Source: an uncultured Verrucomicrobiae bacterium (GTDB taxonomy: Bacteria > Verrucomicrobiota > Verrucomicrobiia > Chthoniobacterales > JAFAMB01). From it: a DNA stretch of 64,000 nt. How positions within the stretch are numbered: position 1 is the stretch's first letter; every line of letters begins with the position of its first letter. A program made the position numbers and the translations under genes. Location of the stretch: positions 57,435 to 121,434 of the forward strand of contig CAVVPV010000028.1 of NCBI GenBank assembly GCA_963750185.1, in the 5' to 3' direction. Positions 27,505 through 36,446 of the stretch are shown here, in pieces. The notes beneath the pieces were generated by a model. The model had not been told where the DNA came from, did not search any database, and saw only the letters and a list, made by a program, of their open reading frames with translations.

Positions 27505-27580
27505 GGCCCGGTCACGCGAGAGCGTGACCCTACCATAACGTCACACCCGGTCACGCGAGAGCGACGCTTCCTGCGTGACC
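27505..27580. repeat. REP hairpins in inverted orientation, 5' flank of the RAYT gene
   Basis: ggcccggtcacgcgagagcgtgaccctaccat is the reverse complement of the left-flank REP. A degenerate second copy follows (ccggtcacgcgagagcgacgcttcctgcgtgacc). Confidence 0.85.
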
Positions 27581-27597
27581 GTGTGGCAATACCCCAA

Positions 27598-27690
27598 AAG
27601 CCCTAGCACGAGAACCCCGATTTGAACACCTGGCCTCGGTCGGGTCAGTCGCACGCCGTTTTTACATGAACCGCCTGGATTGGTTGTGGA
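27598..27690 (-). pseudogene. Remnant of a second RAYT copy (last ~28 codons joined to the 5' leader; internal deletion)
   Basis: 27598-27685 aligns at about 75% identity by eye with 26935-27020 (the RAYT 3' end). The next about 150 bp (27691-27840) parallels 27381-27540 (leader plus REP). Confidence 0.65.
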
Positions 27691-27807
27691 AGGAGCTGTA
27701 CCCAAAATAAACTAAAAATATGAATAAATTATTTTCAATTAAGTCAACGCGTGGTTCCGAAAGATCGACTGGCAATGTTGATCAAGTCTGCTTTGGGGGC
27801 ATCGCCA

Positions 27808-27838
27808 CGCCGGTTACGCGCAAGCGTGACCCTACCAT
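27808..27838. repeat. REP hairpin (inverted orientation)
   Basis: cgccggttacgcgcaagcgtgaccctaccat. It lies between the RAYT remnant and the clpC stop. Confidence 0.8.
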
Positions 27839-27872
27839 GACGTCACAAAGGTCGATTCGGCGTGCCGCTGCA

Positions 27873-30377
27873 TCACGCCCCGCTTCGGAGCGAATTCCCG
27901 TTTGCCGGTTCACCTTGTTCCGGCTGAGTCACCTTGAACGCAAGTTGTTCACCGGCCGCGTGCACCTCCAGCGAGTCGCCCTGCTTGAAGTTCCCTCGGA
28001 GGAACCCTTCTGCCAGCGGATCTTCCAGGTGTTTTTCCACAGCACGGCGCATCGGTCGAGCGCCGTAGCTTGGATCGTATCCCTTATCAATCAGAAACTC
28101 GACTGCGGTTGTATCCAGGCGAATCTGGATATCCTTGGCGCGTACCCGCTCGATGACTTTTGCCACCTCGAGATCCACAATCTTGATCAGGTCGTTCCGT
28201 TCAAGCTGGTGGAAGACGATCATGTCATCCAATCGGTTCAAGAATTCCGGTTTAAAAACCCGTTTTGATTCGTCCTGAACCTTGTCGCGCATTACCTCGT
28301 ACGATCCGTGGCCGGCGCTCGCGCCAAAGCCCATCGTCGTTTGGCGTTTGATCAGCTCCGCGCCCACATTCGAGGTCATGATGATAATCGTGTTTCGAAA
28401 ATCGATCCTTTGTCCGAGGCTGTCGGTGATTTTGCCCTCCTCCAGAATCTGGAGCAGGAGATGCATGACATCCGGATGAGCCTTTTCGATCTCATCGAAT
28501 AGCACAACAGAGTAGGGGCGCCGTCGAACCGCTTCGGAAAGCTGACCGCCTTCTTCGTAGCCCACATAGCCAGGAGGCGAACCGATCAGACGCGACGCGG
28601 TGAATTTCTCCGTGTACTCAGACATGTCGATCTGAATCAGAGCGTCAGCGTCACCGAACATGAACTCCGCCAGCGAACGTGCCAGAAACGTTTTTCCCAC
28701 GCCGGTCGGACCCATAAAGAGGAATGACCCAATTGGCCGACGTGGATCTTTCAAATCGGCGCCGGAGCGTCTTAACGCCTTGCTGATGGCAATCACCGCC
28801 TCGTCTTGGCCGATGACTTGCTTTTTCAGCTCCTCCTCCATTTTGAGCAATTTCTGCGCTTCTTTTTGCTCCATGCGGTTCAGCGGCACCCCGGTCCACT
28901 TCGACACGATGTACATGATATCGTCGCCCGTGACGATGGTTTCGCGCTCATCGCCCTGTTTCTGCCACTCGTTTAATATTCGTGCCAGGTCATCTTTGGT
29001 ATGCTGTTCGGAATCTCGCAACGCCGCTGCCTTTTCATAATCTTGTGCTTTGATCGCCGCTTCTTTCTCGTCGCGGATCGTCTCGATTTTTTTCTCGATC
29101 TCTTTTACATCCGGCGGCCGAGTCCTGGCGTTGATGCGCGCCCGCGCGCCCGCTTCATCCATGACATCGATGGCCTTATCCGGCAGGAAACGGCCAGTAA
29201 TATATCGATCGGAAAGCCGAACGGCTGCTTCGAGCGCCTCGTCGGTAAGCTTGGCTTTGTGATGGCTCTCGTACTTCGGGCGCAAGCCTTTCAAAATCTG
29301 AATCGCTTCTTCTACGGTGGGCGCTTCGACCTTGACTGCCTGGAATCGGCGTTCGAGCGCGGCATCTTTTTCGATGTACTTCCGGTACTCGTCGAGGGTG
29401 GTGGCTCCAACGCACTGCAGTTCGCCCCGGCTGAGTGCCGGTTTGATAATGTTTGAGGCATCCAGAGCACCCTCCGCTGAACCCGCACCGACGATCGTGT
29501 GCAGCTCATCGATGAAGAGGATGACGTCCTTCGAGCGACGAATCTCATCCATCACGGCCTTGATTCGCTCTTCGAACTGCCCACGATATTTTGTTCCGGC
29601 CACCATGAGCGCGAGATCGAGCGTCACGACGCGTCTATCGCGCAACAATTCCGGCACATTCCCAGCGGCGGTTTCTTGAGCCAAACCTTCGACGATGGCG
29701 GTTTTTCCAACTCCTGCTTCGCCGAGCAGCACCGGGTTGTTTTTGGTGCGTCGGCACAGTACCTGAATCACACGTTCGATCTCGTTCTTGCGACCGATGA
29801 CAGGATCCAACTCCCCTTTCTTCGCCATCTCGGTCAGATCGCGGCCGAATGCGCGCAGCGCGGGCGTCTTGGCATCTTTCTTACCCCCCTCCTGCGGGGA
29901 CTCAGCCTCGCCTTCAGGCGGTGAAAAGTTCGGGTCCAATTCTTTTAGAATTTCGTTTCGCGTTCGTACGGGATCGACTTCCAGACTCTTTAATACCCTT
30001 GCGGCGACTCCCTCACCTTCCCGCAAGAGGCCCAGTAAAATGTGCTCGGTACCTACGTAAGAGTGATTCAACGCTTTGGCTTCTTTGCCTGCCAATGCCA
30101 ATACCTTTTTGACTCGGGGCGTGTACGGAATGTTCCCAATCATGTTCGTCTCGGGACGCGAACCGATATGCTTCTCCAGTTCTGTGCGAACTCTCTCCAG
30201 ATCGAGCCCCATCTTTAGCAGCACATTGACTGCTACGCCCTGTCCAAGTTTGATCAGCCCGAGCAACAGGTGTTCCGTTCCCACGTAGTTGTGGTTGAGC
30301 CGCTCGGCCTCCGTGCGCGCAAGCGCCAAGACCTGTTGGGCACGTGGAGTAAAATCATTCATTATTGCGTTTCCCAT
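27873..30377 (-). CDS. clpC: ATP-dependent Clp protease ATP-binding subunit ClpC
   Basis: 834 aa. It has a duplicated Clp_N repeat and two AAA+ modules ([16 protein letters not shown]). A UVR-like linker is present ([22 protein letters not shown]). Confidence 0.93.
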   Translation of the reverse strand: MGNAIMNDFTPRAQQVLALARTEAERLNHNYVGTEHLLLGLIKLGQGVAVNVLLKMGLDLERVRTELEKHIGSRPETNMIGNIPYTPRVKKVLALAGKEAKALNHSYVGTEHILLGLLREGEGVAARVLKSLEVDPVRTRNEILKELDPNFSPPEGEAESPQEGGKKDAKTPALRAFGRDLTEMAKKGELDPVIGRKNEIERVIQVLCRRTKNNPVLLGEAGVGKTAIVEGLAQETAAGNVPELLRDRRVVTLDLALMVAGTKYRGQFEERIKAVMDEIRRSKDVILFIDELHTIVGAGSAEGALDASNIIKPALSRGELQCVGATTLDEYRKYIEKDAALERRFQAVKVEAPTVEEAIQILKGLRPKYESHHKAKLTDEALEAAVRLSDRYITGRFLPDKAIDVMDEAGARARINARTRPPDVKEIEKKIETIRDEKEAAIKAQDYEKAAALRDSEQHTKDDLARILNEWQKQGDERETIVTGDDIMYIVSKWTGVPLNRMEQKEAQKLLKMEEELKKQVIGQDEAVIAISKALRRSGADLKDPRRPIGSFLFMGPTGVGKTFLARSLAEFMFGDADALIQIDMSEYTEKFTASRLIGSPPGYVGYEEGGQLSEAVRRRPYSVVLFDEIEKAHPDVMHLLLQILEEGKITDSLGQRIDFRNTIIIMTSNVGAELIKRQTTMGFGASAGHGSYEVMRDKVQDESKRVFKPEFLNRLDDMIVFHQLERNDLIKIVDLEVAKVIERVRAKDIQIRLDTTAVEFLIDKGYDPSYGARPMRRAVEKHLEDPLAEGFLRGNFKQGDSLEVHAAGEQLAFKVTQPEQGEPANGNSLRSGA

Positions 30378-30965
30378 GCCGGGCCCGCTGCCTGACGCAG
30401 TCGAAATCGACAGAACACCGGCACCTCAACATTTAACATCAAAGCTAAAAGAAATCGAATATCCCGATGAGTAACAATCGAGATATTTTTACGCGAAATC
30501 TGACCGCAGAACCTGAACTTAATTGCCCACCGAAATGCACGGCAGGTGTTTATGTATCCGACAATCTTGCCAGGACGAAGATTAATTGACCCGGAAGCTA
30601 GCAATTGGAACCGCTTTCAAGCTGAGACAAACCTGGTGGTTCAGGTCAAAAAGCTTGACTCGATGAAACCGTGGCTGGTTTGATTTCGATTGGTGATACA
30701 AAAATGGGCTCTGAGCAAAAGATGTGCTGCGAAGTATGTATTATTTGGGGCGTCCATTGAAGCCCGTCGCCGTGCGCAAGCACCCGAAGAGCCGCTCTGG
30801 CAAAGGCCAAAGCGGCGGCCTCGGCCCTGCGGGCGCATTTTTCGTGAAAAATGCGGGCTAAAGTTCCCTTCCCACTTCTTCAGGGATCGGGTAGAGTTTT
30901 TGTGCCGCGTCGAGCGAATCAACCGCTCAAAAGCCTTTCGAAATTTGAAAACTAAAGGCAACTCT

Positions 30966-33900
30966 TTAGCGATCTGAACTCTCGGGCGGGGAAAGATGAT
31001 AGGGCTTCCCTTCCTGGTAAAGCTTCAGCCGGATGTTCATTCCCGAAATTTCATTGGTGTCGGAAGAATCGATTAGCTTTAATGCCGCCTGCTGGTCGGC
31101 GATAGCTTGCGCGAAGTTTCCAGCCTCGGCATCAGCCGCCGCCAGCGTATCGAGATCTTCCCAGTACTGTCCTTCTGTTAGAATACAGGCCTGTTTAGCA
31201 TCCCGAACGGCCTGGGTCCCATTGCGCACTTCCGCAGACGGGCAGGTCGCCATGAGCCACGCCCTGCCGCTGTAATTGACCGGGTCCTTCTGGTTGAATT
31301 GAATCGCCGCACCATAAGCGTCGACAGCCTTACGGTAGTTGTCTTGCGCCTCCTGAGTCTTACCTTGGCGATAGAGAATGTAGCCAATCCTTGCGTAAGT
31401 GAGCGACAAATTGTGCCGCCAATCGGTACCGGGGGAATTCTTTTGCACGAACATCGAAAAGCTTTTCAGGGCTGATTGATATTGCCCCGCGGCAGGCTCT
31501 AAGTCGCCCAACATGGTCATGGCATCACCCAAATCTAGATAGCCTAAACCAAGCAAATTTTCCGAGAGAAGATTGCTTCCGTCGTGCTCGCTCAGCGCTT
31601 GGAAGGTGAGGCTTTGCTTGAAATTTTCGCGCGCACTCTCCCATTTGCCCTGGGCACGATAATAGTTCCCGAGGAAGACGTACCCAAAGGCTAACTCCCG
31701 TTGCAGGTCGGTATTGGCGGGGTTTTGTACTGCAAGATTTTTCTCCTTATCCAGTCCACTTGTCAGATAGAACAAGGCGCCGTTTTCGCCGTCGAGTTTA
31801 CCTTTCTGCAAGAGCAGGCGCCCCAGAGTGAGATAACTATAGAAGAGAGAGCGCTGCCAGTTCACATCGTCCTGATGTAATTGGGCATATTTACTTCGAA
31901 TTTGCTTCGCTTGTTCATACGCCTGTCGCGCCTCCTCAAAATGGCCGAGGATATTGTTCGCAATACCGATGCGGCTGTAGGCATTGGCCAGATCGAGTTG
32001 GTATCGTTCATTGTTTTTATCCTGACTGGCGAGCCTCTTCCGAAGATCGAGACTCTGCAGGTAGAAGTTGGTAATAGCCTCGTCTGGGCTGCCCTCCTGC
32101 CTAATAATATCTCCTTTTCGGCTGTAAATGTTGGCGAGTTGCTGGTCGACCCAGATTGCCTGGTCGCCTTCCTGCGATAGCGCGCCCACTTTCTTGGTGA
32201 TTTGCAGGCTCTCATCATAGAGGCGGGAGGCGTCCTCATATTTTCTCTCTAGGAACAGCGCATCGGCCTTACTACCTCCGCTCATAGGATTTGCCGGTCC
32301 GCTGAGTTGTTCGGCCAACTCGCGTTGGTATTTGATTCCGGGAATTCCCGGATTATTATCCGCTAGTTGGCGAGCGATAGAGATGCTTCGGTCATAGCAA
32401 TCCATGGCTTTGGGGAGATTTGCTTCGGCCTTTAGCACGTCTCCCAGGGTCCGGTAGACCGATTCCTGAAAATGGAGCTGGGTATTGCTCATCCCGCCTT
32501 CGTCGATTCTCTGCAGGTCAAGCATTTGCAAAGCTCTGTTGGCCGCTTTGTCCAGCAGCGAAACCCGCCCAAGGCCGCTGAGCTGATGTTGGAGGTCCGA
32601 GAGCATGAAGTCAATCAGATGATCTGCGCTGTCGTTGGAGTGTATGATCTTCTTCTTATAGGCAAAGGCCACCCTCCATTGCCAAATGCTGACCACCAGG
32701 CAGACAAGGGCCAAAAGACAGACGAACTTCAATTGCAGGTTCCGGCGTCGCGTGCTGCGCAATTCGCGATCCTTCGCACGAATCTCCGCATCTGCCTGCG
32801 CGGTCCGTGCTTTGGCTTCCAAGGCCGCTTCTTTGGCTTTTCTCTCGTCGCGGCTTTTCTTGATCACGTCGGTCAGGACATCGTGAGTCAATTCAACGCG
32901 TGGCATCCGGGCGCTGTCTTCGATCCGAATCAAGCGCCGGTCGATAAGTTTTGAAATAGCATCGTGTGAAACCCCCGGTATTGTCAGGGCATCTTGCAGG
33001 TCCACGCTGTTGCGGTAGCCGGAACCCGTGAGGAGCTTGTCCTCAATGAAGTACCGCAATCGCTCGTCGAATCCGCTCAGCGCGCGATCGTAAAAGCCGG
33101 TCAGTATGACCTCTTTGGACCCGGAAATGAGTTGGGGCGTTATTTTGGAATCCCAGCGAGCGATACGGGTGCTGTTTAATTCTCGGCAAAAAACGCTCAG
33201 TAACGTGGGCTCCACCTCGAGATTCGTCAACGGTACGTTCGCGAGCGCATCCCGTCCTGCAACGATCTTGACGATTTTCTCCCCGACTTCCTCGTCAACC
33301 AGCGCGCCGCCGGCATTAACGACGACTTCTAAGGCCTGCCCACCAGTCATCTTTTGAAGACGAAATCGGTTATGGGTGATCGAGGGGAGTTGATTGGAAA
33401 AACCTTCGAGGTTGGCCAGGAAATCTTCGCGAAGTGCAAAAACAACCTTGTAGTCATTTCTATAAAACGAAAATGTCTCCTCGCCGTCAGACTCCAATTG
33501 TATTTCGACGGCTTCGGGTGGACGGTTTTCGATTAGGTCTCCCAATTCCGTAAAAAGGGCGGTTATGCGCCGGTGGCATTTATCCCTGTTTGATCCCAGC
33601 GTAAAAATCTCTTCCAACTGGTCAAAAACGAGGACAGGTGTGATCACTCGCCCTTCTTGCGTCTTGAACTCATTGGTCGCACGATGAAAATAGGCCCAAA
33701 GGGTATCGCCCGGACGAATCAGCGGGGAGGAAATACGGGCCGTGGTGCCGGCATCACGAAGCGTTTCTTGCACCTGCGAGACTAAGTCCGGCGCCGCTTC
33801 GGCATAGTTCAACCGGACGTAAACTGGGAGGAAGTGTTCCCGACGCAACAAGGGAAAAATCCCCGCCTGCAGAAGGGATGTTTTGCCCAAGCCTGACAGC

Positions 33901-34118
33901 CCAAACATTATGGTCAACGTTTCACGCTTGATCAGCCGGAACAGCTCGGCTGCCTCCTTGTCGCGACCATGGAAAAAGGAGGCATTATCCTCGGTGAACG
34001 CGCTTAACCCCGGCCAAGGGTTCTCCTCGTTGACCTGTTTATCGTTCTTTTCGAGTGCCCTGGTATCAGTATGCATTCTCGAACCTTTCGACTTGGCCAT
34101 GAACCGTGCCGAGGACAC
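30966..34118 (-). CDS. nSTAND-type (STAND superfamily) P-loop NTPase with a central hydrophobic helix and C-terminal TPR array
   Basis: The N-terminus NPWPGLSAFTEDNASFFHGRDKE, then Walker A GLSGLGKTS (K79) and Walker B VLVFDQLEE, follow the pattern of nSTAND1-like NTPases. A basic coiled coil covers residues 420-460, and a hydrophobic helix LQLKFVCLLALVCLVVSIWQW spans nt 32676-32738. About 560 aa of TPR-like repeats follow. Alternative starts at 34100 and 34076 all overlap the upstream gene's stop at 34066. Confidence 0.8.
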   Translation of the reverse strand: MSSARFMAKSKGSRMHTDTRALEKNDKQVNEENPWPGLSAFTEDNASFFHGRDKEAAELFRLIKRETLTIMFGLSGLGKTSLLQAGIFPLLRREHFLPVYVRLNYAEAAPDLVSQVQETLRDAGTTARISSPLIRPGDTLWAYFHRATNEFKTQEGRVITPVLVFDQLEEIFTLGSNRDKCHRRITALFTELGDLIENRPPEAVEIQLESDGEETFSFYRNDYKVVFALREDFLANLEGFSNQLPSITHNRFRLQKMTGGQALEVVVNAGGALVDEEVGEKIVKIVAGRDALANVPLTNLEVEPTLLSVFCRELNSTRIARWDSKITPQLISGSKEVILTGFYDRALSGFDERLRYFIEDKLLTGSGYRNSVDLQDALTIPGVSHDAISKLIDRRLIRIEDSARMPRVELTHDVLTDVIKKSRDERKAKEAALEAKARTAQADAEIRAKDRELRSTRRRNLQLKFVCLLALVCLVVSIWQWRVAFAYKKKIIHSNDSADHLIDFMLSDLQHQLSGLGRVSLLDKAANRALQMLDLQRIDEGGMSNTQLHFQESVYRTLGDVLKAEANLPKAMDCYDRSISIARQLADNNPGIPGIKYQRELAEQLSGPANPMSGGSKADALFLERKYEDASRLYDESLQITKKVGALSQEGDQAIWVDQQLANIYSRKGDIIRQEGSPDEAITNFYLQSLDLRKRLASQDKNNERYQLDLANAYSRIGIANNILGHFEEARQAYEQAKQIRSKYAQLHQDDVNWQRSLFYSYLTLGRLLLQKGKLDGENGALFYLTSGLDKEKNLAVQNPANTDLQRELAFGYVFLGNYYRAQGKWESARENFKQSLTFQALSEHDGSNLLSENLLGLGYLDLGDAMTMLGDLEPAAGQYQSALKSFSMFVQKNSPGTDWRHNLSLTYARIGYILYRQGKTQEAQDNYRKAVDAYGAAIQFNQKDPVNYSGRAWLMATCPSAEVRNGTQAVRDAKQACILTEGQYWEDLDTLAAADAEAGNFAQAIADQQAALKLIDSSDTNEISGMNIRLKLYQEGKPYHLSPPESSDR

Positions 34119-35442
34119 TCTTAATCCAGTTCAAAAATTCAGCCGTCAGGTGACCTCCCGGAAAAATTTCGTAATGCTTGTTTCCGAACCGCAGCGGTAC
34201 CGCGGCATCATCAATCGGTATCGGAATCAAAAACAGTTCCTCGGCATTCATCCGGCGGGCCCGCTCTTCAGCGCACTTCCATTCCTCGTAGAAGACGCCT
34301 TCCCGACGGCGTTGCGTGTTGCGTGAGACTATTGGGAAAAAGAGAAAACAGCTGAGTATAGTTTGATGAATCTTCTCTGACCACTCTTCGCCGTGCCGAA
34401 TCCGGCTGCGGTCCAGCCAGACATTCAATCCGGCCGCTTCCAGGGATTCCGCAATTCGGAAAGCCGCGTCGAAATCCTCGCGGGCATAGCTCAAAAATAT
34501 GACCTCTTCTTCCGGGTCTGGCTTGATAGTTCGGAAAGAACTATCAACGGTCGCGTTGTCCTCTGCTGTATCGTCCGGATAGCGTTCCTGCCAGCGTTCG
34601 AGAAGTTGATCGACAAATTCAATCGGGCCGCTTTCAGTGTAAACCTCCGCCTGATTCCGGCCGAAGCTCTCGAGGAAGAAAATGAAATTCGAGTCCTTCC
34701 GCACCTGCTCGTCAGCCAGGTACTGCATCATGTAGCTGCTTCCAGCCGAAAATCGTTCTCCCCTGGCCAAGCGAACGAAAAATCGGGCAAGCCAGTCCGG
34801 AAAGCTATTTCCAATAAAAAGAAGATGATTATTTCTTAGTTCGTCGAAGAGTCGATTCGGTCGGCGTTCCTTCGATTGCAGCGATGAGATAAATTCCAGG
34901 GTATCCTCGTCCGTTACAGCATAGTCCGGAATAGCCGATACCTTGCCAAAGAGCCTGAAAACAAGAGGCTGTCTCAAATGATGATAATCGGTTGGCAGGT
35001 CCGACTCATCCCGCAATTGGTTTGGCACGTAGACCCGGCTGATTGTCCGCGGAGCGCCGGCGAAACGTTCTGCGTTCAGGGCTTGTTCGAGAAGAGAATC
35101 GAATGTGGTGCTGACAAAGAGCTTTAGCGGCTTTATTCGGGCGAGCTTTCTCAAAGGATCAGGGATGTCTATCGAGATTTTTTCCAGGATGGATCTAATT
35201 TTCCGGTAGATCGTCGAAGGCGGCTTCCCCGTTTTTAGATGTTTGCACACAACATCATTGATGTTGTAGTCACTTCGCAATGTCCCCGGATCAATTCCCA
35301 GTTCGGCTGCAAGCAAGGTAGCGATATGATGATAAAGAAGAACATCCCGGCCGCCGACTTGAATATTCAGAAGCTCGGGACCAAGGACGGGAACGACTCT
35401 CTCGTCCTTAATAAAATCGATCAGATCATCCCAGAATTCCAT
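34066..35442 (-). CDS. SIR2-like (SIR2_2-type) domain fused to a C-terminal TIR domain
   Basis: N-terminal blocks: VVPVLGPELL, LFVSTTFDSLLEQAL, VFRLFGKV, AVTDEDTLEF, LLFIGNSFPDWLARFF. By eye these align with the SIR2_2 motifs (G.G.S / TTNYD.LLE / KLHGS / T..DY / F.GYS..D). C-terminal residues 313-440 look like TIR: VIFLSYAREDFDAAFRIAESLEAAGLNVWLDRSRI..GEEW...FFPIVSRNT...FYEEWKCA. Confidence 0.75.
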   Translation of the reverse strand: MEFWDDLIDFIKDERVVPVLGPELLNIQVGGRDVLLYHHIATLLAAELGIDPGTLRSDYNINDVVCKHLKTGKPPSTIYRKIRSILEKISIDIPDPLRKLARIKPLKLFVSTTFDSLLEQALNAERFAGAPRTISRVYVPNQLRDESDLPTDYHHLRQPLVFRLFGKVSAIPDYAVTDEDTLEFISSLQSKERRPNRLFDELRNNHLLFIGNSFPDWLARFFVRLARGERFSAGSSYMMQYLADEQVRKDSNFIFFLESFGRNQAEVYTESGPIEFVDQLLERWQERYPDDTAEDNATVDSSFRTIKPDPEEEVIFLSYAREDFDAAFRIAESLEAAGLNVWLDRSRIRHGEEWSEKIHQTILSCFLFFPIVSRNTQRRREGVFYEEWKCAEERARRMNAEELFLIPIPIDDAAVPLRFGNKHYEIFPGGHLTAEFLNWIKSVLGTVHGQVERFENAY

Positions 35443-35901
35443 ACGGTCGGCCTAATTATGAGAACACGACATTTTGTTTAAGCATCGGCGAATTGCCGCC
35501 GATTACTGTCTCCGCTAAAGGTTAATACAGTTTTTTCCGTTTCCAGGTTTCGAAAATGGGAAGAAAGCTTTTCTTAAAGCTTCAAAAAGTGAAATTCAGT
35601 CAATCGCCAGACGCTCAGTCGTCGTTCTCGCATTGGCGGCGGACTAACCAAAGTGCCTCGTGCGAAACTATTGGAAAGGGTGCAGCCAACGAATCTTGAC
35701 TGACTCCAAGCAGCTCTGGACATGCGGATAATGCTTTCCGAGTGGCTTGCAACGGGCGAAGCTTTAACAAGTTTGTAAATTGCGAAATCTTGAGGCTAGC
35801 CTCAAAACTCCAGATCCGCCCCTGGCGGCAGATAGGCAGGAAGAGGAACCGAGATGAGATGGTTTTGCTCTGGTAGAAGAGGGTGAAGAAGGCTGCTTTT
35901 T

Positions 35902-36328
35902 TTGCCCGAATGTGGCAACAATTTCGGCATGCCACAGGTACAATTACCGATCTTTCCGGCAGGAGTCACGCACATCAATTCGGAGGTCGCCTTTGAGGGG
36001 CGGGATGGAAAGGTGTACTACTTTAATGGCCATCTGCCGGTGTTTGTCCATGAGAAGAGTGCTCTGGGGACTTTCCGGCTTTTTAGTACCCAATTGGTCA
36101 TCAATGGCAATGCGACTCAAGCGGAGATCTGATCCCGGATTACTGAGTGTGTTGGGTGAGCAGATTGTGCCACGGCTCAAAGCCGATGTGCCAAACCAGC
36201 CCACTGAAAAGCAACCGGAAGCAGACCCGCTCTTAAGCCGCTTTACCATCGTCTTCGACCGCGAAGGCTACTCGCCACGCTTCTTCGCCCAGATGAAAGA
36301 GGAGCGCATCGCGAGCCTTCGATTTTAG
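35902..36328 (+). pseudogene. Internally deleted, frameshifted fragment of the same transposase family as 20159-21432
   Basis: An N-terminal 75 aa (MPQVQLPIFPAGVTHINSEVAFEGRDGKVYYFNGHLPVFVHEKS...) ends in a stop. Another frame then gives GEQIVPRLKADVP...RFTIVFDREGYSPRFFAQMKEERIA. This matches RQSIVPRLLAEAP...RFTLIFDREGYSPDFFAELKAQRIA of the 20-kb copy. Confidence 0.7.
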
Positions 36329-36393
36329 CCGTGAATCAGTCCGTTACGCGGTCGGGCTTGAAACGGACTGACAGAAACTTCGGGAGATAGTCA

Positions 36394-36427
36394 GCGGTCG
36401 GCTTATGCCCGACCGCAGTAATTTTTT
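36394..36427 (+). terminator. Putative intrinsic terminator (plus-strand sense)
   Basis: An 8-bp GC stem gcggtcgg/ccgaccgc (36394-36401 / 36409-36416) is followed by aattttttg (T-run at 36422-36427). Confidence 0.45.
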
Positions 36428-36446
36428 GTCACCGCTGCCGTGGCAT

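Noticed and set aside
27720-28268. 182-aa plus-strand ORF across the REP region and the clpC 3' end
   Set aside because: It starts in repeat DNA and then runs antisense to the well-supported clpC frame.
30966-35442. Calling the SIR2/TIR locus a Thoeris, DSR or Avs system
   Set aside because: Thoeris needs a separate TIR protein (ThsB) and a SIR2 (or TM) + SLOG ThsA. DSR proteins carry their own large sensor. Avs proteins have the effector fused to the STAND NTPase. None of these fits the split SIR2-like/TIR + nSTAND-TPR layout seen here.
35615-35935. 106-aa ORF upstream of the SIR2-like/TIR gene, considered as a possible third component
   Set aside because: The composition is basic and Cys/Phe-rich and low-complexity. 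It overlaps the transposase-fragment start on the other strand. It has no RBS-like sequence and a 172-nt gap to the next gene.
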